A stretch of DNA of 64,000 nt, taken from Eledone cirrhosa. Lineage: Eukaryota. Under the pieces are notes generated by a model, which had not been told where the DNA came from, searched no databases, and was given only the letters and a program-made list of their open reading frames with translations. The translations under genes were made by a program, and so were the position numbers. Positions 24,001 through 36,406 of this stretch are shown here, piece after piece; within the stretch, counting starts at the first letter, position 1, and every line of letters starts with the position of its first letter. Where the stretch lies: contig OZ024745.1 in assembly GCA_964016885.1 (NCBI GenBank), forward strand, positions 5,952,001-6,016,000, given 5' to 3'.

Positions 24001-27000
24001 TGTCGTGGGTTTGATTCCTGGGTTGTGGTGGTGGGTAGTCTAGTGTCGTGGGTTTGATTCCCGGGTTGGGGTGGTGGGTGGTCTAGTGTCGTGGGATTGA
24101 TTCCTGGGTTGCGGTGGTGGGTGGTCTATTGTCGTGGGTTTGATTCCTGGGTTGGGGTGGTGGGTAGTCTAGTGTCGTGGGTTTGATTCCCGGGTTGGGG
24201 AGGTGTGGTCTAGTGTCGTGGGATTGATTCCCGGTTTGAGGTGGTGGGTTGTCTAGTGTCGTGGGTTTGATTCCTGGGTTGGGGTGGTGGGTGGTCTAGT
24301 GTCGTGGGTTTTATTCCTGGATTGAGGTGGTGGGTGGTCTAGTGTCGTGGGTTTGATTCCTGGGTTGGGGTGGTGGGTGGTCTAGTCTCGTGGGTGGTCT
24401 AGTGTCGTGGGTTTGATTCCTGGATTGGGGTGGTGGGTGGTCTAGTCTCGTGGGTGGTCTAGTGTCGTGGGTTTGATTCCCGGGTTGGGGTGGTTGGTGG
24501 TCTAGTGTCGTGGGATTGATTCCTGGTTTGAGGTGGTGGGTTGTCTAGTGTCGTGGGTTTGATTCCTGGGTTGGGGTGGTGGGTGGTCTAGTGTCGTGGG
24601 TTTGATTCATGGGTTGAGGTGGTGGGTGGTCTATTGTCGTGGGTATGATTCCTGGGTTGGGGTGGTGGGTGGTCTAGTGTCGTGGGATTGATTCCTGGTT
24701 TGAGGTGGTGGGTGGTCTAGTGTCGTGGGATTGATTCCTGGTTTGAGGTGGTGGGTTTTCTAGTGTCGTGGGTTTGATTCCTGGGTTGGGGTGGTGGGTA
24801 GTCTAGTGTCGTGGGTTTGATTCCCGGGTTGGGGTGGTGGGTGGTCTAGTGTCGTGGGTTTTATTCCTGGGTTGGGGTGGTGGGTGGTCTAGTGTCGTGG
24901 GATTGATTCCTGGTTTGAGGTGGTGGGTGGTCTAGTGTTGTGGGATTGATTCCTGGTTTGAGGTGGTGGGTTTTCTAGTGTCGTGGGTTTGATTCCTGGG
25001 TTGGGGTGGTGGGTGGTCTAGTTTCGTGGGTTTGATTCCTGGTTTGAGGTGGTGGGTTGTCTAGTGTCGTGGGTTTGATTCCCGGGTTGGGGTGGTGGGT
25101 GGTCTAGTGTCGTGGGATTGATTCCCGGGTTGGGGTGGTGGGTGGTCTAGTGTCGTGGGATTGATTCCTGGTTTGAGGTGGTGGGTGGTCTAGTGTCGTG
25201 GGTTTGATTCCTGGTTTGAGGTGGTGGGTTTTCTAGTGTCGTGGGTTTGATTCCTGGGTTGGGGTGGTGGGTGGTCTAGTTTCGTGGGTTTGATTCCTGG
25301 TTTGAGGTGGTGGGTTGTCTAGTGTCGTGGGTTTGATTCCCGGGTTTGGGTGGTGGGTGGTCTAGTTTCGTGGGTTTGATTCCTGGTTTGAGGTGGTGGG
25401 TGGTCTAGTGTCGTGGGTTTGATTCCTGGTCTGAGGTGGTGGGTTGTCTAGTGTCGTGGGTTTGATTCCTGGGTTGGGGTGGTGGGTGGTCTAGTGTCGT
25501 GGGTTTGATTCCTGGGTTGAGGTGGTGGGTGGTCTATTGTCGTGGGTTTGATTCCTGGGTTGGGGTGGTGGGTAGTCTAGTGTCGTGGGTTTGATTCCTG
25601 GGTTGAGTGGTGGGTGGTCTATTGTCGTGGATTTGATTCCTGGGTTGGGAGGTGGGTAGTCTAGTGTCGTGGGTTTTATTCCCGGGTTGGGGCGGTGGGT
25701 GGTCTAGTGTCGTGGGATTGATTCCTGATTTGAGGTGGTGGGTTGTCTAGTGTCGTGGGATTGATTCCTGGGTTGGGGGTGGGTGATCTAGTGTCGTGGG
25801 TTTGATTCCTGGTTTGAGGTGGTGGGTTGTCTAGTGTCGTGGGTTTGATTTCTGGGTTGGGGTGGTGGGTGGTCTAGTGTCGTGGGTTTGATTCCTGGGT
25901 TGAGGTGGTGGGTGGTCTATTGTCGTGGGTTTGATTCCTGGGTTGGGGTGGTGACTAGTCTAGTGTCGTGGGTTTGATTCCCGGGTTGGGGTGGTGTGGT
26001 CTAGTGTCGTGGGATTGATTCCCGGTTTGAGGTGGTGGGTTGTCTAGTGTCGTGGGTTTGATTCCTGGGTTGAGGTGGTGGGTGGTCTAGTGTCGTGGGT
26101 TTGATTCCTGGGTTGGTGTGGTGGGTGATCTAGTGTCGTGGGTTTGACTCGCGGGTTAGTGTGGTGGGTGGTCTAGTGTCGGGGGATTGATTCCTGGGTT
26201 GCGGTGGTGGGTTATCTAGTGTCGTGGGTTTGATTGATGGATTATGGTGGTGGGTGGTCTAGTGTCGTGGGTTTGTTTGCTGGGTAGGGTTGGTGGGTGA
26301 TCTAGTGTCGTGGGTTTGATTCCTGGGTTGGGGTGGTGGGTGGTCTAGTGTCGTTCGTTTGATTCCTGGTTTGAGGTGGTGGGTGATCTAATGTCGTGGG
26401 TTTGATTCCTGGTTTGGGGTAGTGGGTGGTCTAGTGTCGTGGGTTTGATTCCTGGGTTGAGTGGTGGATGGTCTATTGTCGTGGGTTTGAGTCCTGGGTT
26501 GGGGTGGTGGGTAGTCTAGTGTCGTGGGTTTGATTCCCGTGTTGGGGTGGTGGGTGGTCTAGTGTCGTGGGATTGATTCCTGGTTTGAGGTGGTGGGTTG
26601 TCTAGTGTCGTGGGTTTGATTACTGGGTTGGGGGTGGGTGATCTAGTGTCGTGGGTTTGATTCCTGGTTTGAGGTGATGGGTTGTCTAGTGTCGTGGGTT
26701 TGATTCCTGGGTTGGGGTGGTGGGTGGCCTAGTGTCGTGGGTTTGATTCCTGGGTTGGGGTGGTGGGTACTCTAGTGTCGTGGCTTTGATTCCCGGGTTT
26801 ATGTGGTGGGTGGTCTAGTGTCGTGGGTTTGATCCCGGCTTTGGTGGTGGGTGGTCTAGTGTCGTGCGTTTGTTCATGGGTTGAGGTGGTGGGTGGTCTG
26901 TTATCGTGGGTTTGATTTCTGAGGTGGGGGTGGTGGGTGGTCTAGTGTCGTGGGTTTGATTTCTGGGTTAAGGTAGTGGGTGGTCTATTGTCGTGGGTTT

Positions 27001-29678
27001 GATTCCTGGGTTGTGGTGGTGGGTAGTCTAGTGTCGTGGGTTTGACTCCCGGGTTGGGGTGGTGGGTGGTCTAGTGTCGTGGGATTGATTCCTGGGTTGC
27101 GGTGGTGGGTGGTCTATTGTCGTGGGTTTGATTCCTGGGTTGGGGTGGTGGGTAGTCTAGTGTCGTGGGTTTGATTCCTGGGTTGGGGTGGTGTGGTCTA
27201 GTGTCGTGGGATTGATTCCCGGTTTGAGGTGGTGGGTTGTCTAGTGTCGTGGGTTTGATTCCTGGGTTGGGGTGGTGGGTGGTCTAGTGTCGTGGGTTTT
27301 ATTCCTGGATTGAGGTGGTGGGTGGTCTATTGTCGTGGGTTTGATTCCTGGGTTGGGGTGGTGGGTAGTCTAGTGTCGTGGGTTTGATTCCCGGGTTGGG
27401 GTGGTGTGGTCTAGTGTCGTGGGATTGATTCCCGGTTTGAGGTGGTGGGTTGTCTAGTGTCGTGGGTTTGATTCCTGGGTTGGGGTGGTGGGTGGTCTAG
27501 TGTCGTGGGTTTGATTCCTGGGTTGAGGTGGTGGGTGGTCTATTGTCGTGGGTTTGATTCCTGGGTTGGGGTGGTGGGTAGTCTAGTTTCGTGGGTTTCA
27601 TTCCCGGGTTGGGGTGGTGGGTGGTCTAGTGTCGTGGGTTTGATTCCTGGGTTGGGGTGGTGGGTGGTCTGGTGTCGTGGGCTTGATTCCTGGGTTGGGG
27701 TGGTGGGTGGTCTAGTGTCGTGTGTTTGATTCTTGTTTTGAGGTGGTGGGTGGTCTAGTGTCGTGGGTTTGATTCCTGGGTTGAGGTGGTGGGTGGTCTA
27801 GTGTCGTGGGTTTGATTCCTGGGTTGGTGTGGTGGGTGATCTAGTGTCGTGGGTTTGACTCCCGGGTTAGTGTGGTGGGTGGTCTAGTGTCGGGGGATTG
27901 ATTCCTGGGTTGCGGTGGTGGGTTATCTAGTGTCGTGGGTTTGATTGATGGGTTATGGTGGTGGGTGGTCTAGTGTCGTGGGTTTGTTTGCTGGGTAGGG
28001 TTGGTGGGTGATCTAGTGTCGTGGGTTTGATTCCTGGGTTGGGGTGGTGGGTGGTCTAGTGTCGTTCGTTTGATTCCTGGTTTGAGGTGGTGGGTGATCT
28101 AATGTCGTGGGTTTGATTCCTGGTTTGGGGTAGTGGGTGGTCTAGTGTCGTGGGTTTGATTCCTGGGTTGAGTGGTGGATGGTCTATTGTCGTGGGTTTG
28201 AGTCCTGGGTTGGGGTGGTGGGTAGTCTAGTGTCGTGGGTTTGATTCCCGTGTTGGGGTGGTGGGTGGTCTAGTGTCGTGGGATTGATTCCTGGTTTGAG
28301 GTGGTGGGTTGTCTAGTGTCGTGGGTTTGATTACTGGGTTGGGGGTGGGTGATCTAGTGTCGTGGGTTTGATTCCTGGTTTGAGGTGATGGGTTGTCTAG
28401 TGTCGTGGGTTTGATTCCTGGGTTGGGGTGGTGGGTGGTCTAGTGTCGTGGGTCTGATTCCTGGGTTGAGGTGTTGGGTGGTCTATTGTCGTGGGTTTGA
28501 TTCCTGGGTTGGGGTGGTGGGTAGTCTAGTGTCGTGGCTTTGATTCCCGGGTTTATGTGGTGGGTGGTCTAGTGTCGTGGGTTTGATCCCGGCTTTGGTG
28601 GTGGGTGGTCTAGTGTCGTGGGTTTGTTCATGGGTTGAGGTGGTGGGTGGTCTGTTATCGTGGGTTTGATTTCTGAGGTGGGGTGGTGGGTGGTCTAGTG
28701 TCGTGGGTTTGATTTCTGGGTTAAGGTAGTGGGTGGTCTATTGTCGTGGGTTTGATTCCTGGGTTGTGGTGGTGGGTAGTCTAGTGTCGTGGGTTTGATT
28801 CCTGGGTTGGGGTGGTGGGTGGTCTAGTGTCGTGGGATTGATTCCTGGGTTGCGGTGGTGGGTGGTCTATTGTTGTGGGTTTGATTCCTGGGTTGGGGTG
28901 GTGGGTAGTCTAGTGTCGTGGGTTTGATTCCCGGGTTGGGGTGGTGTGGTCTAGTGTCGTGGGATTGATTCCCGGTTTGAGGTGGTGGGTTGTCTAGTGT
29001 CGTGGGTTTGATTCCTGGGTTGGGGTGGTGGGTGGTCTAGTGTCGTGGGTTTTATTCCTGGATTGAGGTGGTGGGTGGTCTATTGTCGTGGGTTTGATTC
29101 CTGGGTTGGGGTGGTGGGTAGTCTAGTGTCGTGGGTTTGATTCCCGGGTTGGGGTGGTGTGGTCTAGTGTCGTGGGATTGATTCCCGGTTTGAGGTGGTG
29201 GGTTGTCTAGTGTCGTGGGTTTGATTCCTGGGTTGGGGTGGTGGGTGGTCTAGTGTCGTGGGTTTGATTCCTGGGTTGAGGTGGTGGGTGGTCTATTGTC
29301 GTGGGTTTGATTCCTGGGTTGGGGTGGTGGGTAGTCTAGTTTCGTGGGTTTCATTCCCGGGTTGGGGTGGTGGGTGGTCTAGTGTCGTGGGTTTGATTCC
29401 TGGGTTGGGGTGGTGGGTGGTCTGGTGTCGTGGGTTTGATTCCTGGGTTGGGGTGGTGGGTGGTCTAGTGTCGTGGGTTTGATTCCTGGGTTGGGGTGGT
29501 GGGTGGTCTAGTGTCGTGGGCTTGATTCCTGGGTTGGGGTGGTGGGTGGTCTAGTGTCGTGTGTTTGATTCTTGTTTTGAGGTGGCGGGTGGTCTAGTGT
29601 CGTGGATTTGATTCCTGGGTTGGGGTGGTCGGTGGTCTAGTGTCGTGGGTTTGATTCCTGGTTTAGGGTGGTGGGTGG
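1..29678. repeat. 43-bp G/T-rich tandem satellite (~690 monomers), consensus CTAGTGTCGTGGGTTTGATTCCTGGGTTGGGGTGGTGGGTGGT, with higher-order structure
   Basis: Continuous tandem repeat from base 1 to the junction at ~29678. Two main variants (GGGTTGGGG and GGTTTGAGG). A 42-bp variant at ~500-1350 explains the 14-aa periodic ORFs. Confidence 0.97.
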
Positions 29679-32200
29679 TACTCTAGACACAGTACTAACA
29701 ATGTCTAACTGTCAGTTAATATCTACACTAGTGTTGTTGGTACTCTAGGCACAGTACTAACAAGGTCCAAAAGTCAGTTAATATCTACACTAGTGTTGTT
29801 GGTACTCTAGACACAGTACTAACAAGGTCTAACTGTCAGTTAATATCTTCACTAGTGTTGTTGGTACTCTAGACACAGTACTAACAAGGTCCAACTGTCA
29901 GTTAATATCTACACTAGTGTTGCAGATACTCTAGACACAGTACTAACAAGGTCTAACTGTCAGTTAATATCTACACTAGTGTTGTTGGTACTCTAGACAC
30001 AGTACTAACAAGGTCTAACTGTCAGTTAATATCTACACTAGTGTTGTTGGTACACTAGACACAGTACTAACAAGGTCTAACTGTCAGTTAATATCTACAC
30101 TAGTGTTGTTGGTACTCTAGACACAGTACTAACAAGGTCTAACTGTCAGTTAATATCTACACTAGTGTTGTAGGTACTCTAGACAGAGTACTAACAAGGT
30201 CTAACTGTCAGTTTATATCTACACTAGTGTTGTTGGTACTCTAGGTACTGTACTAACAAGGTCTAACTGTCAGTTAATATCTACACTAGTGTTGTTGGTA
30301 CTCTAGACACAGTACTAACAAGGTCTAACTGTCAGTTAATATCTACACTAGTGTTGCTGGTACTCTAGACACAGTACTAACAAGGTCTAACTGTCAGTTT
30401 ATATCTACACTAGTGTTGTTGGTACTCTAGACCAAGTAGTAACAAGGTGCAACTCTCACTTAATATCTACACTAGTGTTGTTTGTACTCTAGACACAGTA
30501 CTAACAAGGTGCAACTGTCAGTTTATATCTACACTAGTGTTGTAGGTACTCTAGACACAGTACTAACAAGGTCCAACTGTCAGTTAATATCTACACTAGT
30601 GGTGTAGGTACTCTAGACAGAGTACTAACAAGGTCTAACTGTCAGTTTATATCTACAGTAGTGTTGTAGGTACTCTAGACAGAGTACTAACAAGGTCTAA
30701 CTGTCAGTTAATATCTACACTAGTGTTGTAGGTACTCTAGACACAGTACTAACAAGGTTGAACTGTCAGTTTATATCTACACTAGTGTTGTTGGTACTCT
30801 AGACACAGTACTAACAAGGTCTAACTGTCAGTTAATATCTACACTAGTGTTGTTGGTACTCTAGACACAGTACTAACAAGGTCTAACTGTCAGTTAATAT
30901 CTACACTAGTGTTGTTGGTACTCTAGACACAGTACTAACAAGGTCTAACTGTCAGTTAATATCTACACTAGTGTTGTAGGTACTCTAGACACAGTACTAA
31001 CAATGTCTAACTGTCAGTTAATATCTACACTAGTGTTGCAGATACTCTAGACACAGTACTAACAAGGTCTAACTGTCAGTTAATATCTACACTAGTGTTG
31101 TTGGTACTCTAGACACAGTACTAACAAGGTCTAACTGTCAGTTAATATCTACACTAGTGTTGTTGGTACTCTAGACACAGTACTAACAAGGTCTAACTGT
31201 CAGTTAATATCTACACTAGTGTTGTAGGTACTCTAGACACAGTACTAACAATGTCTAACTGTCAGTTAATATCTACACTAGTGTTGCAGATACTCTAGAC
31301 ACAGTACTAACAAGGTCTAACTGTCAGTTAATATCTACACTAGTGTTGTTGGTACTCTAGACACAGTACTAACAAGGTCTAACTGTCAGTTTATATCTAC
31401 ACTAGTGTTGTTGGTACTCTAGACACAGTACTAACAAGGTCTAACTGTCAGTTTATATCTACACTAGTGTTGTTGGTACTCTAGACACAGTACTAACATG
31501 GTCTAACTGTCAGTTTATATCTACACTAGTGTTGTTGGTACTCTAGACACAGTACTAACAAGGTCTAACTGTCAGTTAATATCTACACTAGTGTTGTTGG
31601 TACTCTAGACACAGTACTAACAAGGTCTAACTGTCAGTTTATATCTACACTAGTGTTGTTGGTACTCTAGACACAGTACTAACAAGGTGCAACTGTCAGT
31701 TAATATCTACACTAGTGTTGTTGGTACTCTAGACACAGTACTAACAATGTCTAACTGTCAGTTAATATCTACACTAGTGTTGTAGGTACTCTAGACACAG
31801 TACTAACAAGGTCTAACTGTCAGTTAATATCTACACTAGTGTTGTTGGTACTCTAACTGTCAGTTAATATCTACACTAGTGTTGTAGATACTCTAGACAC
31901 AGTACTAACAAAGTCTAACTGTCAGTTAATATCTACACTAGTGTTGTTGGTACTCTAGACACAGTACTAACAAGGTCTAACTGTCAGTTTATATCTACAC
32001 TAGTGTTGTTGGTACTCTAGACACAGTACTAACAAGGTCCAACTGTCAGTTAATATCTACACTAGTGTTGTTGGTACTCTAGACACAGTACTAACAAGGT
32101 CCAACTGTCAGTTAATATCTACACTAGTGTTTTCGGTACTCTAGACACAGTACTAACAAGGTCCAACTGTCAGTTAATATCTACACTAGTGTCAGTTAAT
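29679..32200. repeat. 62-bp tandem satellite (~40 copies), consensus CTCTAGACACAGTACTAACAAGGTCTAACTGTCAGTTAATATCTACACTAGTGTTGTTGGTA
   Basis: Monomer starts at 29681, 29743 and onward (period 62). Highly homogeneous. Confidence 0.96.
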
Positions 32201-32379
32201 ACCTACACTTGTCATTTAATCAGCTCCACTTCTGTCATATTTAATATTCTGGCCGTAAACTTTTGTTTCATTTTCCGCCGTCATTTTTATTAACAAGAAT
32301 CTGTATCATCAAAATATATCGTATTTGATTTAGAAGCAACCGTGAAACCAAACGAACTGTTTCCAGAACCATTATCATT

Positions 32380-32463
32380 ATCTCTCTTTCTCTCTCACAC
32401 CCTCTCTTTCTCACACACACTCTCTCTCTTTCTCACACACATACACACACTCTCTCTCTTTCT

Positions 32464-32512
<49 letters not shown>
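32380..32512. repeat. (CT)n/(CA)n microsatellite
   Basis: Direct read. Confidence 0.9.
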
Positions 32513-32514
<2 letters not shown>

Positions 32515-32629
32515 CATAGTAACAAATATGGTGAGTAGTTTTACAATAAACTAAAATCCACTGCTACAATGTGTGTAACACTTGAAAGAAATATGGAGAT
32601 AAATAACAGATTTACTGACTACCAATAAT

Positions 32630-32764
32630 TGTTTCTACTTTTGGCACAAGGCCAGCAATTACCCAGTACATTACTGGTACTTTATTTTATCGACCCCATA
32701 AGGATGAAAGGCAAAGTTAACCTCGGCGGGATTTGAACTCAGAATGGCAAGGGCCGTAACTCTA
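32630..32764 (-). mobile_element. 5'-truncated tRNA-derived SINE with 18-bp flanking direct repeat (probable TSD)
   Basis: B box GAGTTCAAATCCC on the minus strand; homologous to copies at 35.6 kb and 46.6 kb; TTACTGACTACCAATAAT at 32612-32629 and 32765-32782. Confidence 0.8.
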
Positions 32765-32831
32765 TTACTGACTACCAATAATGATTTAATATACTTTCCA
32801 AGTTGGAGATTTCGCAGAATTTCTACTGAAC

Positions 32832-33388
32832 TTTTATATCCCCCCCCCCTCTGCTTATGTATCTGTCTATCTTTATACCCCCCTCTGCTTATGTATCTGT
32901 CTATCTTTATACCCCCCCCCCCTCTGCTAGTGTATCTGACTATCTTTATACCCCCCCCTCTGCTTATGTATCTGTCTATCTTTATACTCCCCTCTGCTTA
33001 TGTATCTGTCTATATTTATACCCTCCCCTCTGCTAGTGTATCTGTCTATCTTTATACCCCCCCTGCATATGTATCTGTCTATCTTTATACCCCCCTCTCT
33101 CTGCTAGTGTATCTGTCTATCTTTATACCCCCCCCCCCCCTCTGCTTATGTATCTGTCCATCTTTATACTCCCCTCTGCTTATGTATCTGTCTATCTTTA
33201 TACCCTCCCCTCTGCTTATGTATCTGTCTATCTTTATACCCCCCTCTGCTTATGTATCTGTCTATCTTTATACCCCCCCCCTTTGCTTATGTATCTGTTT
33301 ATCTTTATACCCCCCCCCCCTTGCTTATGTATCTGGCTATCTTTATACCCCCGCCCCCTCTGCTTATGTATCTGTCTATCTACCTTAT
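32832..33388. repeat. ~35-bp minisatellite (TCTGCTTATGTATCTGTCTATCTTTATA + variable C run)
   Basis: About 15 tandem copies; accounts for ORFs 32744..33473. Confidence 0.92.
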
Positions 33389-33934
33389 ATATTTATATGC
33401 ATTATTTTATCACATAAACATCAAACAGCTATTCATATGTCGTAGAAAAAGCGAAGAATGTTTTGTTCTTTGATCGTGCCATACTTGAAGAGAATAATAA
33501 CGTTGTTGAGAACATATAGTTTTATGGAAACAGGTTAGATTTTAAAAAGATAACGCCAAGCTATAAACATTATATATTTACAAATGTTTCAAGCAAGCTA
33601 CTAACATCAGAACAAATTCTATAATTGTGTTGCTAATCAACTACTAATTCCAGTAGGGTAATTTTATAGTTGGAAATGGTCCACTGTACTAGAAATGGTC
33701 CACTATAATATAGTCAGGCGGGTTGAGAATTTAATGTTTCAGCCCTGTCGTGATTCCCAGACTATTTACTTATGTATCCTGGCTTCCACGTAATAGAAGT
33801 TCTATCGAGCAATCCTGCTGATTTTCGAAGCCATATGTTTGTAGTTATGTTTCTGTCACATCTCATTGAGTCTGTAGATATTGTATTGCGACTTAAACAT
33901 GTTGTATTCTTAAACATTGAAAGAATAGGTAGGG

Positions 33935-34100
33935 AAAGTCGATTATATCGACCCTAGGATATGACTGATACTTTATTTTATCGACCCAGTAATGATGAAA
34001 GGTGGGATTTATACTCGGGACGCAAAGGGCCGTAACTCTATGTCGCTAAGCAGAGTATCCGATGTTCTACCGATCCTACTATTACTCTATCCCCGCCTTT
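33935..34100 (-). mobile_element. Degenerate copy of the same SINE family
   Basis: Shares TACTTTATTTT-ATCGACCC, GATGAAAGG and GGGCCGTAACTCTATG with the other copies. Confidence 0.6.
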
Positions 34101-34401
34101 ATTTGTCATCAATAATGATAAGAAGAATCATACTGGCGATGTTATATTTATATTCTAATAGAAAGTTTGGCAATGTTAGTTTTTGTTTAGCAGAATAGTT
34201 TTCTAGGAGAATGGAAGTTCTGTAATGTTTGTATTTTATGTGAAAGACTTTAGAGATTCTATGTAAAGGGAAATTGTTGTAAGTTGGAATAAAAAACTGA
34301 TTAAATTCTTTGTCTTGGGGTTATATTGTACAAAGCTGGAACCATCAACACAATAACACCACTTCTTCATATATTTATCTTTCTGGAACTCTTTAACATT
34401 T

Positions 34402-34430
34402 ACACTCGCACACACACTCTCACACACACA

Positions 34431-34468
<38 letters not shown>

Positions 34469-34577
34469 CACACACACATGCACACTCTCACACACACACG
34501 TACACACACACACACACACTCGCTCTCTCACACACACTCTCACATACTCTCTCTTTCTTTCTCTCACACACACACAC
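34402..34577. repeat. Imperfect (CA)n microsatellite
   Basis: Direct read. Confidence 0.9.
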
Positions 34578-35197
34578 TGCATTTGTTGCCTCAGTCATGT
34601 TGTTACAATAATAACTGTGCTCTGCAATCAAGGCTGCAACATTCGTCTCTAGTTATTTCTCCAAAGTTACATTTAATCCTCTGTCATATATTCAACATTT
34701 ACGTAATTATATCCTAGAAACTGTTAAAATACCTTATTGTTAATCACTTCCATGTATCAGTAATCAACTTAAACTATAGGATTTCTCTATTGCAAACATT
34801 ACATTTATAAAAACGCAAATGTCCATGTTTGTATGATTGTATATCCAGTAATCCTGATATATATGAGATATAAATCTTGAACTCCCCAAATTAAATACAT
34901 TCAACACTATCACCATTATTGTTGACGGCACGGGTCCACTAGCGTGTGTGTTGGTTCTCAAATGTTCCAGTTGTTCCACTAACAAAACAACTTGTTAGGG
35001 AAATTAACGTGGCCGAGAATTCCACGTGCACCATTTGGTCATTGCATGAGAGTATCTTGATCAGCCTAGGAACTGTTCAGCCGACCCTTGTCACACAAAC
35101 ACTATAGAATTTAAAGAAAAGAGCAGTGTTTAGATTTTCTTGATTTCTATCATAAATGAAGTAAAATATTTACAACCAACGAGATTATTAATTATTT

Positions 35198-35510
35198 CGA
35201 GATATTGTGGTCCCTAAACTACCCCCACGAGATATTGTGGTCCCTAAACTACCCCCACGAGATATTGAGGTCCCTAAACTACCCCCACGAGATATTGTGG
35301 TCCCTAAACTACCCCACGAGATATTGTGGTCCCTAAACTACCCCACGAGATATTGTAGTCCCTAAACTACCCCCACGAGATATTGAGGTCCCTAAACTAC
35401 CCCCACGAGATATTGTGGTCTCTAAACTACCCCACGAGATGTTGTGGTCCCTAAACTACCCCACGAGATATTGTGGTCCCTAAACTACCCCACGAGATAT
35501 TGTGGTCCCT
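35198..35510. repeat. 30-bp minisatellite (CGAGATATTGTGGTCCCTAAACTACCCCCA), ~10 copies
   Basis: Period 29-30 read directly. Confidence 0.93.
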
Positions 35511-35597
35511 TCTCCCCAAACATGGCTATCTTATTTTGGGGGGAGGGGGTTATTTCTGTGAGGTCACCTACAACTGTCCTAGTTTTCCACATATAAA

Positions 35598-35778
35598 CAA
35601 TGGTTTCTGATTTAGGGACAAGGCCAGCAATCGACTCCAGTGCGTGACTGGTACTTTATTTTATCGACTCCTGTAAGGCAAAGCTAAACTCGACGGGATT
35701 TGAACTCAGAACATAAAGGGCTGTAACTCTATGCCGGGAAGCAGGGTGTCCGACGCTCTACCGAGTCTATCAATCCAC
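35598..35778 (-). mobile_element. tRNA-derived SINE copy
   Basis: ACAAGGCCAGCAAT...CTGGTACTTTATTTTATCGAC...GGGATTTGAACTCAGAA, as in the 32.6 kb and 46.6 kb copies. Confidence 0.8.
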
Positions 35779-36406
35779 CAATGTTGCAGTGGTGGTTGTG
35801 AAAGTATTTTAGAACAAAGGAAGCCATTCTACTTTATATTAAAGAGTTCGTTTGACAATGACGTCGATCCTGGTTTGATTTCAGAACACATAACCTTCAG
35901 CGAGTAGGCTTCTGCTACTGTGTAAATATAGTTTTAAAATAATTTATTGAAAGGAGGAAGAACAGCTCATTCGACTCTTTTCAGGGCCTCACTCATTGCT
36001 ACATTACTATACAATAGTGGGGGAGGGGGATATAATCGATGGAATCGCCCCTTCTTATTTATCTTATTGGTTTTAAAAGGATGAAAGCAACAAGCCGGTG
36101 TAATTTTAATTCAGATTCAACATAGATTTTACTGTAGGCTTCTAACGTTTCTTCCATTATACTTCCTTGTAATAGGGAGGGGGGAATGAAAAAGGGATTT
36201 GCATCGATCTAATTCCATGTGATTTTTGTGATAAGCGGAATCAGGGGAGTGACTGTCTCTCTTCGATACTTGAAAGAGTTAAATCACACAACACAAAGCA
36301 CATAAATGAAAATATATTTTGAAGATAAATTTTTAATGTTTCTAGTTTTCAATAATAGTTTGGCATCATTATTGTACATTAGCTTTGAAACATAATGGCG
36401 GGTGAT

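Noticed and set aside
1-29678. Telomeric repeat array
   Set aside because: No tandem TTAGGG or TTAGG; only isolated similar words.
1-32200. CRISPR array interpretation of the 43-bp and 62-bp repeats
   Set aside because: Repeats are head-to-tail with no unique spacers, there are no cas genes, and the context is eukaryotic.
34764-35125. Possible host exons on the minus strand (acceptor-like sites near 35103 and 34980), and donor-like GTGAGT at ~32531 and GTAAGT at ~48606
   Set aside because: Short frames with early stops and no recognisable protein; cannot be supported without transcript data.
36020-36160. Additional SINE copy
   Set aside because: Only scattered words (AAAGGATGAAAG, ATCGAT) match; too degraded to delimit.
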